DNA from: Bacteroidota bacterium
GTDB taxonomy: Bacteria > Bacteroidota > Bacteroidia > Bacteroidales > PWNQ01
Reading direction: 5' to 3'
Assembly (NCBI GenBank): GCA_051748205.1
Contig: JBNJHE010000002.1
Location: 1-53,613 of the forward strand
DNA length: 53,613 nt
Positions 27,769-35,593 of this stretch are shown here, piece by piece (position 1 is the stretch's first letter; every line of letters starts with the position of its first letter). The position numbers were made by a program, and so were the translations under genes. The notes beneath the pieces were generated by a model, which was not told the origin of the DNA, searched no databases, and saw only the letters and a program-made list of their open reading frames with translations.

Positions 27769-29529
27769 ATGAAAAAAATAATTACGCTGATTGCTATTAT
27801 GATTTTTGCCTTTTCATCTGCTGCGCTGGCGCAGACGCAGAAAAACCATGAAAAACGTACATATACAGATTCTGAAGGCAATTTTTATATCAACAAAGAT
27901 TTACCGGTCTATTTGCATCTGTCCACCTCTAAAGATGGTTCCGACGCCCATCGTTTAGAAAGTAAAACTTCATCACAGTATACCAACCCGATGTATTTTG
28001 ATACTGAAGGCAAAAACTCAATACGCAGCCCTTATGCTGTAGATCAGGAGACAAAACAAACGGTGTCTCCTAAACAGGATGTTGTTTTTGAAGTTTATGC
28101 TGATGGTCTTGCACCAAAAACAAAATCCAGCTTTTACGGAGCTCCGAACTATTACAGCAGTGGAACCCTGTATTATGGTAAAAGTCTGAAAATTAAGCTT
28201 TCATCTAATGATGCTGTTTCTGGTGTAGAAAATATCTGGACCTCAGTTAATGGGAAACCTTATGAAAAGTACACCTCAGACCTAACAATGAATAGTGAAG
28301 GACGATTCACCTTACGCTTTTATGCCAGCGATATGGTTGGCAATGCCGAGGAGCCTAATAAGAAGGAATATGTGGTTGACCTTACGGCCCCTGTCACAAA
28401 GTATGCTACCAGCCAACCTAAACTTGACGATATCCTCTCGCCAAAAGCCAAAATTACCCTTAGTATGAGTGATAATCTTGCCGGTGTAAAAACAACCCGC
28501 TACGGATTTGACGGAAACACCGGAAGTGTTTATTATAAGCCAATCACCCTGTGGCAGTTAAGTGATGGATATCATACCATCGACTATTATACTACCGATA
28601 ATGTAAAGAATGAAGAATCAAAACAAAGCTATCGGTTTTATCTCGATCGTACACCACCGGATATCTCCAGTGAAATAGTAGGGGATATTCACAAAGGCTC
28701 TTATACCTATATTTCAAGTAGGACCAAAGTTAAGTTGATGGCAAAAGATAATAAGGCTGGAGTGAAAGAAATTCGCTACTCTATCGATGGTAATGCATAC
28801 CAAACCTATTCGAATACCTTTACTATGCCTGATGTTACCGGGCGTCACTCTGTAAAGTATTATGCTGAAGATAAGGTGACCAATAAAAATGATGCCCGCT
28901 ATGTTAATGTGCCCTCATCCGGCCCGCTTTATATGGACAACCGCCTGCCTTCAACATCCATCCGTTACGGAAACCCTCAGTTTTTTGACCGCGATACCTT
29001 GTTTGTCAATAAGGAAACCAATATCTATTTAAATCCCCGTGATGCTCACAGTGGGGTTCAGGTAACGCATTATAAGATAGACGGAGACGCTGAAAAAACC
29101 TACAATTCTGCTTTTACCATTCCTGCTGAAGGATATCATACCATTAACTTCCGGTCTGTTGATAATGTCAACAACAAAGAGAACTTCAAAGAAAGTAATG
29201 TCTTTGTTGACAATACCCCACCTGTTATCTATACCAATTTCAGCATTAATGCGATAGGTTCAAAACAAAAAGACGGGAAATCTTACAAAATCTATCCCAA
29301 TTATACACGCTTGTATATTGGTGCAACGGATAAACACAGCGGAAACAATAAGATTCGCTATTCCATCAATGACGGAAGCTTTGAGGATTATTCCAGCCCA
29401 TACACACTTGATATTTCCGAGGTTGATCACTTTAGGGAAGAAAAGTTTTATGAAGTAAAGATTGTAGTAGAAGACAAACTGGGCAACGAAGCCACGAAAA
29501 CAGTTCACTTTTTTGTAGGTCAGGAATAA
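27769..29529 (+). CDS. Secreted protein with five roughly 95-aa Ig-like repeats (chitobiase C-terminal / OmpL47-type signature)
   Basis: It has a signal peptide (MKKIITLIAIMIFAFSSAALAQ). A periodic motif G(V)xx(I)xYxxDG...Y recurs: VENIWTSVNGKPYEKY, VKTTRYGFDGNTGSVYY, VKEIRYSIDGNAYQTY, VQVTHYKIDGDAEKTY and NKIRYSINDGSFEDY. Confidence 0.6.
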   Translation: MKKIITLIAIMIFAFSSAALAQTQKNHEKRTYTDSEGNFYINKDLPVYLHLSTSKDGSDAHRLESKTSSQYTNPMYFDTEGKNSIRSPYAVDQETKQTVSPKQDVVFEVYADGLAPKTKSSFYGAPNYYSSGTLYYGKSLKIKLSSNDAVSGVENIWTSVNGKPYEKYTSDLTMNSEGRFTLRFYASDMVGNAEEPNKKEYVVDLTAPVTKYATSQPKLDDILSPKAKITLSMSDNLAGVKTTRYGFDGNTGSVYYKPITLWQLSDGYHTIDYYTTDNVKNEESKQSYRFYLDRTPPDISSEIVGDIHKGSYTYISSRTKVKLMAKDNKAGVKEIRYSIDGNAYQTYSNTFTMPDVTGRHSVKYYAEDKVTNKNDARYVNVPSSGPLYMDNRLPSTSIRYGNPQFFDRDTLFVNKETNIYLNPRDAHSGVQVTHYKIDGDAEKTYNSAFTIPAEGYHTINFRSVDNVNNKENFKESNVFVDNTPPVIYTNFSINAIGSKQKDGKSYKIYPNYTRLYIGATDKHSGNNKIRYSINDGSFEDYSSPYTLDISEVDHFREEKFYEVKIVVEDKLGNEATKTVHFFVGQE

Positions 29530-29557
29530 ATCAACAGTATCTATATTTTAAAAACCA

Positions 29558-29592
29558 GGGACGCATCTTTATCAGAGATGCGCCCTTTTTTT
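29558..29592 (+). terminator. Rho-independent terminator after the repeat protein gene
   Basis: The stem gggacgcatct / agatgcgccc (one bulged A) is followed by a 7-nt T-run. Confidence 0.7.
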
Positions 29593-29668
29593 ATCATAAA
29601 AAGCGGCGATAATCCATCATAATAGGGAAAATTTCCACAAATTATCGTAAAAAAAACTATGAAATTCA

Positions 29669-29676
29669 TATCTTTG
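29669..29676 (+). promoter_or_regulatory. Bacteroidetes -7 promoter box for the dehydrogenase gene
   Basis: TATCTTTG matches TAnnTTTG, 32 nt upstream of the ATG at 29709. Confidence 0.45.
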
Positions 29677-29708
29677 AGAGCAGAAACAGAAATAAAAAAT
29701 ATTGATTT

Positions 29709-30905
29709 ATGGCAAAACACACGATTGTAAAATTACCCGGAGACGGAATTGGCGGAGTTGTTCTTGAGCAGGCTATCCGCGTGCTGGATGCAGCTGGTTT
29801 TGATGCAGAATATGTAGAAGGAGATATTGGTTGGGAATTTTGGAAAAAGGAGGGGAATCCATTACCAGAACGCACCATCGATTTAATCGCAAAACACAAA
29901 GTAGCGCTTTTTGGAGCCATCACATCCAAGCCCAAAGATGCTGCAGCAGAGGAGCTGACACCTGAACTTCAGGGGAAAGGCCTGGTTTATGCAAGCCCCA
30001 TTGTTGGATTGCGTCAGCATTTTAATCTGGATATTTGTCAACGGCCTACAAAGACCTATAAAGGCAATCCTCTAAACTTTATTCGCAGCGACGGGAAAGG
30101 TGGCGTTGAAGAGCCCGAAGTTGATGCCGTTATCTTTCGTCAGAACACCGAAGGCCTTTATGGTGGCGTTGAGTGGTCAAACCCCGGTAAGCAGGTGTAT
30201 GAAGCGCTGATGACACATCCAAAATTCAAGAAGAACTTTGGTACGGTGCCACGTGATGAAATCTCAGTCTCTACCCGGATTTTTACTAAACGGGCTACAG
30301 AACGTATCCTGAGAGCAGCATTTGATCACGCTAAGACATTCGGCTACAAATCGGTTACCGTTTGTGAGAAACCCAATGTTATACGCGAAACATCCGGAAT
30401 GATGTTTGCCATGGCTAAAGAAATCCAAAAGCAGGATTATCCGGATATCGAACTATGGAACACGAATATTGATGCTCAAATGATGTGGCTGACGAAAAAT
30501 CCGGAGAACTATGGCGTTATTGTCTCGGGTAATATGTTTGGCGATATCGTTTCTGACGGCTTTGCCGGACTTATTGGCGGCCTGGGCTTCGCCTGCTCAG
30601 CACAAATTAATCCCGATAATGGGATCGGTGTCTTTGAGCCAACACATGGATCGGCTCCTAAATATGCCGATTACCAGGTGAATATTACAAACCCTCTTGC
30701 CATGATCGCTTCAGCTTGCATGATGCTTGACCATATTAAAGAATACGGGATGGCTAAAAAAATACGTGCTGCTATAGCTGATGTTATTGCTGAAGGCAAA
30801 GTGCGTACTTATGATATGATGAAGCTGAAAGGTAGTCCGGAAGTGATTAATCAGGGCGCTGCTACAACAGAAGATATGGCGGATGCTGTCATAGAAAAAT
30901 TGTAA
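29709..30905 (+). CDS. Isocitrate/isopropylmalate dehydrogenase-family beta-decarboxylating dehydrogenase (substrate not assignable by eye; possibly isocitrate dehydrogenase)
   Basis: The N-terminus is IVKLPGDGIGGVVLEQA. Other motifs are LFGAITSKP, SPIVGLRQHFNLDICQRP (equivalent to the IDH/IPMDH substrate loop), NMFGDIVSD and EPTHGSAPKYA. Length is 398 aa. Confidence 0.75.
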   Translation: MAKHTIVKLPGDGIGGVVLEQAIRVLDAAGFDAEYVEGDIGWEFWKKEGNPLPERTIDLIAKHKVALFGAITSKPKDAAAEELTPELQGKGLVYASPIVGLRQHFNLDICQRPTKTYKGNPLNFIRSDGKGGVEEPEVDAVIFRQNTEGLYGGVEWSNPGKQVYEALMTHPKFKKNFGTVPRDEISVSTRIFTKRATERILRAAFDHAKTFGYKSVTVCEKPNVIRETSGMMFAMAKEIQKQDYPDIELWNTNIDAQMMWLTKNPENYGVIVSGNMFGDIVSDGFAGLIGGLGFACSAQINPDNGIGVFEPTHGSAPKYADYQVNITNPLAMIASACMMLDHIKEYGMAKKIRAAIADVIAEGKVRTYDMMKLKGSPEVINQGAATTEDMADAVIEKL

Positions 30906-30913
30906 TGACTATC

Positions 30914-30947
30914 AACCGGAAAGTCATTAGCACTTTCCGGTTTTTTT
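30914..30947 (+). terminator. Rho-independent terminator after the dehydrogenase gene
   Basis: An 11-bp stem (aaccggaaagt / actttccggtt) is followed by a 7-nt T-run, starting 9 nt after the stop codon. Confidence 0.7.
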
Positions 30948-31087
30948 AGTATTCGGAATCTTTGTTTGAAACCCCGCTGATAGATGTTTAGCATATATGA
31001 GCTGCTTGTTAATTGGTTACGGGTGCATCAATGCAAACAAGGCGGCAGGAGGTTTCAGTAGACCATTAAAATTAAAATTATACACAT

Positions 31088-31645
31088 ATGAACAAGGAAG
31101 TATTGAATTTATGGCCCGAAATAGAATGGATTAATGATGCGGCACTGCGCGAGGCAACAGCAAAGACCTGGGAGTTGGCTCTGCAGCGTTCTGTGCTAAC
31201 AACCGGGGATCTTAAACGGATTCCGTTCACACTATTGGCAGGCCCTGATCTTAAGGTTACTTTTATGGATCATAAGCGTTCGGTTGTACACATTGCCAAA
31301 GATGCCGGTGCAAAAATTAATGCCATGTATCATGGCGAACTCCCTGTGAATATGGATGTCTTGATTGCCGGCGCCATCCTGGCCGATGTTGGAAAATTGC
31401 TCGAATATGAGCTGGATGACAATGGCAAAGCAATTCAGGGAAATTATGGAAAGTTTCTGAGGCATCCTTTTAGCGGTGTTTCTTTGGCTGAAGAAGCCGG
31501 GGTACCTGCAGAAGTCTGCCATATTATTGCTACTCATGCCGGAGAAGGGAATATGGTAAAAAGAACGACTGAAGCCTATCTTGTGCATCATGCCGATTTT
31601 ATGACATTTCTGCCCTTTAAAGAGCGATTAATAATCAATGAGTAA
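31088..31645 (+). CDS. HD-domain metal-dependent phosphohydrolase-family protein
   Basis: It is 185 aa with His/Asp ligand pattern (FMDHKRSVVH, ILADVGK, IIATHAGEG, LVHHADF) consistent with the HD superfamily. Specific function is unknown. Confidence 0.6.
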   Translation: MNKEVLNLWPEIEWINDAALREATAKTWELALQRSVLTTGDLKRIPFTLLAGPDLKVTFMDHKRSVVHIAKDAGAKINAMYHGELPVNMDVLIAGAILADVGKLLEYELDDNGKAIQGNYGKFLRHPFSGVSLAEEAGVPAEVCHIIATHAGEGNMVKRTTEAYLVHHADFMTFLPFKERLIINE

Positions 31646-31664
31646 AACGCAAAATATTACAACT

Positions 31665-33488
31665 ATGGGTAAAACATTAATAGAAAAAATACTCGCCAAC
31701 CACTCCGGAAAGGATAATGTTAGTCCGGGTGAAATTATTGATATCGAAATAGATACACGTGTAGCACGTGATTTTGGTGGTGCCAATGTGGTTAAGAATT
31801 TGGAAAACAACAATCTGACAGTTGCTGATCGGGATAAAACATTTTTTACCTTTGATACCAATCCTGGTGGCAGTGATCAGAAATATGCGGCTAATCAGCA
31901 ATACTGCCGGATATATGCGCGTAAAAACAATATCCGGGTCTTTGATATCAATATGGGTATAGGAACTCATCAGGCTATAGACAATGGAATGGTGTGGCCT
32001 GGCAGTACGTTTGTGTCTACCGATTCACATTCCAATATCATGGGTGCTTTGGGTGCCTTTGGGCAGGGGCTGGGAGATAAGGATATGGCAGCTGTATGGG
32101 CTTATGGTTCGATATGGTATAAAGTCCCCGGGTCTGTGAGGCTGAACTTTGTCGGAAAGCGTCCATCCAATGTCACAGCAAAAGATATTGTTTTAAATCT
32201 GCTCTCCCGCTTTGGTGCCAGCACATTGCTTGGAAGAGCAGTGGAATTTGCCGGTGATGAAGTTGAGCTTCTGACACTGGATGAGCGAATTACCATTGCA
32301 TCTATGGGAACAGAGATGGGAGCAATCAGCTTATTGTTCACACCCAATGAGCAGCTTATCAAAACGCTTAAGGAACGCTCGGGATTTGACTATAATATTA
32401 TTGCTGCTGATGCTGATGCGGAGTATATTGAAGAATATGAAGTGGATATCAGCAAGTTTGAGCCTATGGTAGCTCGCCCGGGGCATCCACATGATGATAT
32501 TTCGTTGAAAAAGTTAAAACAAACGAAAATAGACTCAGCCTTTATTGGTTCATGTACCAATGGTCGTATGGCTGATTTGCGTGTGGCAGCTGCTATACTG
32601 AAAGACAGGAAAGTAGCTCCGGGTGTTGTGCTTAAGATTGTTCCTTCGACTGATGCTATCTGGCAACAAGCGATGGGTGAGGGCCTGATCAGGATATTTA
32701 AGGATGCTGGAGCCTTGGTTTCTAACGCCGGATGTGCCGGATGTGCCGCAGGTCAGGTAGGGCAAAACGGCCCAGGAGAGGTTACCGTTAGTACCGGGAA
32801 CCGAAACTTTGCCGGCAAACAGGGAAAGGGTGAAGTATATCTGGCTTCTCCCGCCGTTGTCGCTGCCAGCGCAGTGGCCGGTTATATCACCACAGCAGAC
32901 GAAATCCCTGATGAGCCTGTTACCTTTGAAAACGAACAAGAAATTCAGAAAACAAACAAGACAGTGAAAAGTGGTCTGGATGAAACTCAAAAACGACCTA
33001 CAGTGGTAGAAGGCAAAAGCTGGTTTATCCAGGAGGATGATATTGACACAGATATGATCTTCCATAATCGCTACCTGCATATTACCGACATGCAGGAAAT
33101 GGGACAGTATGCCTTTGATAACCTTAAGGGATGGGAAGACTTTTCGGATCAGGCTAATGCCGGAGACATCATCATTACAGGAAAGAATTTCGGTGCAGGG
33201 AGCTCACGGCAGCAAGCTGTGGATTGTTTCAAAGCTTTGGGCATTTCATGTATCCTTGCTGAATCGTATGGGGCTATTTATGAACGCAATGCTATTAATG
33301 CTGCGATGCCGGTGCTCACTTACGACCCCGGGGCTTTAACACATATTGATTATACTCAGGGTGACCATATCAAAGTAGACTTTCTCAAGGGTGAAATTAC
33401 TAACTTGAAAAATAATAAGTCGGCGGATATCAATGCATTTTACGATGTGCAAAATAAGATCTATCAACGTGGTGGTTTGTTGGGATAA
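31665..33488 (+). CDS. Aconitase-family hydratase with fused large (LeuC/HacA-like) and small (LeuD/HacB-like swivel) domains
   Basis: It starts at MGKTLIEKIL, which is LeuC-like. An upstream in-frame ATG at 31638 would overlap the HD gene by 8 nt. Motifs include STDSHSN, Fe-S ligands GSCTNGR and NAGCAGCAAG, and YLASPAVVAASAVAG. After a linker, a LeuD-like domain follows (GKNFGAGSSRQQAV, ESYGAIYERNAIN). Confidence 0.75.
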   Translation: MGKTLIEKILANHSGKDNVSPGEIIDIEIDTRVARDFGGANVVKNLENNNLTVADRDKTFFTFDTNPGGSDQKYAANQQYCRIYARKNNIRVFDINMGIGTHQAIDNGMVWPGSTFVSTDSHSNIMGALGAFGQGLGDKDMAAVWAYGSIWYKVPGSVRLNFVGKRPSNVTAKDIVLNLLSRFGASTLLGRAVEFAGDEVELLTLDERITIASMGTEMGAISLLFTPNEQLIKTLKERSGFDYNIIAADADAEYIEEYEVDISKFEPMVARPGHPHDDISLKKLKQTKIDSAFIGSCTNGRMADLRVAAAILKDRKVAPGVVLKIVPSTDAIWQQAMGEGLIRIFKDAGALVSNAGCAGCAAGQVGQNGPGEVTVSTGNRNFAGKQGKGEVYLASPAVVAASAVAGYITTADEIPDEPVTFENEQEIQKTNKTVKSGLDETQKRPTVVEGKSWFIQEDDIDTDMIFHNRYLHITDMQEMGQYAFDNLKGWEDFSDQANAGDIIITGKNFGAGSSRQQAVDCFKALGISCILAESYGAIYERNAINAAMPVLTYDPGALTHIDYTQGDHIKVDFLKGEITNLKNNKSADINAFYDVQNKIYQRGGLLG

Positions 33489-33605
33489 ACCCCCCTCATA
33501 GTAATATACAGGTAATGAATAACCTACCTGCCTAATGGTGCTATTATAGGAAGTTATGGAGTGATTGTCTTATATTGGATTTTTGGCATTATGCATAGAA
33601 ATTTG

Positions 33606-33613
33606 TAACTTTG
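33606..33613 (+). promoter_or_regulatory. Bacteroidetes -7 promoter box for gcvT
   Basis: TAACTTTG matches TAnnTTTG, 43 nt upstream of the ATG at 33657. Confidence 0.45.
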
Positions 33614-33656
33614 TAACATTATTAATCATGGTTTAAAAATTTTGGAGAATAGATAA

Positions 33657-34745
33657 ATGAAAAAGACTACATTTTACGAAATGCATAAATCATTGGGGGC
33701 AAAAATGGTTCCCTTTGCAGGTTATGAAATGCCAGTGCAGTTTGAGGGTGTTAATGCTGAACACAATACAGTAAGGCAGCAGGTTGGAGTTTTTGATGTA
33801 TCCCATATGGGTGAGTTTTATATTCGAGGCCCCAAAGCAAAGGAATTCATGCAAAAAATTACTGTAAATGATGTGAATAAGCTTGTTGAAGGGCAGGTGC
33901 AATACACATGCATGCCTAACAAGCAGGATGGTATTGTGGATGATACCCTGATCTATTGTTTTTCAGACGATGAGTGGATGATGGTGCCCAATGCTTCGAA
34001 TATCGACAAAGACTGGGCCTGGGTGAATGAACAAAATACGGAAGGAGTCGCCATAGAAAATGCTTCGGATAAAACAGCACAGTTAGCTATTCAGGGCCCT
34101 GACTCTCCTAAAGTTATGGATAAGTTAGTGGGCTTTGATATCGCTGATATTATGTTTTTCCGCTTTAAAGTTGCGCAGATCGGTTCCTGCAAAAATGTTA
34201 TAATTTCCCAAACAGGATATACAGGCTCCAAAGGATATGAAATCTATTTCCCTAACGAGTATGGAGAAGAAATTTGGAATTTGATTTTTGATGCCGGAAA
34301 AGAGTTTGACATCAAGGCCATCGGACTGGCTGCCCGTGATACCCTTCGTCTGGAGGCCGGACTTTGCCTGTATGGTAATGATATCAACGATACTACCTCT
34401 CCGTTAGAAGCTTCTTTAGGATGGATTACGAAGTTTACTGAAGGCAATGATTTTATTAATCGCGATAGTCTTGAGAAGCAAAAAGAAGAAGGGGTGACCC
34501 GTAAGCTAAAGGGTTTTGAAATGATTGATAAGGGCATTCCACGGCAACACTATGAAATCTGTGATGAACAAGGAAATCTGATCGGAGAAGTTACTTCCGG
34601 CACTATGGCTCCTTATGTAAAGAAAGCTATTGGCATGGGTTATGTAAAAAAAGAATTTGCGAAAGCAGATACTGAGATTTACATCCGTATACGCAGAAAA
34701 TTGGCCAAAGCGAAAATTGTAAAAATCCCTTTTTATAAAAGCTAA
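33657..34745 (+). CDS. gcvT: Glycine cleavage system aminomethyltransferase (T protein)
   Basis: The N-terminus [26 protein letters not shown], plus [12 protein letters not shown] and [20 protein letters not shown], are classic GcvT blocks. Length is 362 aa. Confidence 0.9.
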   Translation: MKKTTFYEMHKSLGAKMVPFAGYEMPVQFEGVNAEHNTVRQQVGVFDVSHMGEFYIRGPKAKEFMQKITVNDVNKLVEGQVQYTCMPNKQDGIVDDTLIYCFSDDEWMMVPNASNIDKDWAWVNEQNTEGVAIENASDKTAQLAIQGPDSPKVMDKLVGFDIADIMFFRFKVAQIGSCKNVIISQTGYTGSKGYEIYFPNEYGEEIWNLIFDAGKEFDIKAIGLAARDTLRLEAGLCLYGNDINDTTSPLEASLGWITKFTEGNDFINRDSLEKQKEEGVTRKLKGFEMIDKGIPRQHYEICDEQGNLIGEVTSGTMAPYVKKAIGMGYVKKEFAKADTEIYIRIRRKLAKAKIVKIPFYKS

Positions 34746-34756
34746 TATAGCAATAC

Positions 34757-35503
34757 ATGGATAAAAGACAAGTACAGCCGGTAGAAGTTTGCTTTTCACC
34801 GGCTGTTTTTGACCGTTTTTTTGATCCCCAGGCCATAGTTCTTGTTACAGATATCCTCAGGGCCTCAACCGCCATTTGTACAGCTATTGAACATGATGTG
34901 AAGTCTATTATTCCCGTTCCCGGTCTGCAGCAAGCGCGTGAGTATAAGGAAAAGGGCTTTATTGTAGCTGCCGAACGCGACGGAGAGGTATTGGATTTTG
35001 CAGATTTTGGCAATTCCCCCTACTATTTTATGGAAGACTGGCTGAAAGGAAAAACCATCGCTTATAGCACAACCAATGGCACTCAGGCAATACAAATGGC
35101 ATCCAAAACCAGGCAGGTGGTCATTGGATCATACCTAAACCTTAAAGCCAGCTGTGAGTATCTGAAAAAACAAAACCGAAAAGTCATTATTTTATGTGCA
35201 GGCTGGAAAAAACGATTTAGCCTTGAGGATGCTGTCCATGCTGGTGCTGTGGTGGAATGTCTGTTGCAGGATCAGAATTTTACAACCGATTGCGATGGAG
35301 CCAAAGCGGCCCTGGATCTGTGGAGTATTGCCAAACCAAACCTCTATGCGTATATCCTCAAAGCCGCTCAAAAGAAAAGACTTCAGAAGCTTGGCCTGGA
35401 CGATGTTATAGAATATTGCCATACCCCTGACCAATCGCATAAAGTGCCTGTCTTCGATTCACAAAATAATAAAATCGTAGATGTAAGTAAGCTATCGCTT
35501 TAA
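34757..35503 (+). CDS. 2-phosphosulfolactate phosphatase (ComB) family protein
   Basis: It is 248 aa. The motif VTDILRASTAICTAIEH is ComB-like, followed by GER and NGT segments (AAERDGE, TTNGTQAI). It lies 11 nt downstream of gcvT. Confidence 0.6.
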   Translation: MDKRQVQPVEVCFSPAVFDRFFDPQAIVLVTDILRASTAICTAIEHDVKSIIPVPGLQQAREYKEKGFIVAAERDGEVLDFADFGNSPYYFMEDWLKGKTIAYSTTNGTQAIQMASKTRQVVIGSYLNLKASCEYLKKQNRKVIILCAGWKKRFSLEDAVHAGAVVECLLQDQNFTTDCDGAKAALDLWSIAKPNLYAYILKAAQKKRLQKLGLDDVIEYCHTPDQSHKVPVFDSQNNKIVDVSKLSL

Positions 35504-35593
35504 TAGCTAATGCTATATAAGCGTTTTGCTTTTTAGAGACTTGACACTATTCTCTGAATAATAATTTTTTCAACCTAAAATAATGTTTTACCA

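Noticed and set aside
33489-33656. A glycine riboswitch upstream of gcvT
   Set aside because: A consensus promoter box lies only 43 nt upstream of the ATG, which is too short for a tandem glycine aptamer. I see no conserved GGAGAG...CACCG-type aptamer cores in the spacer.
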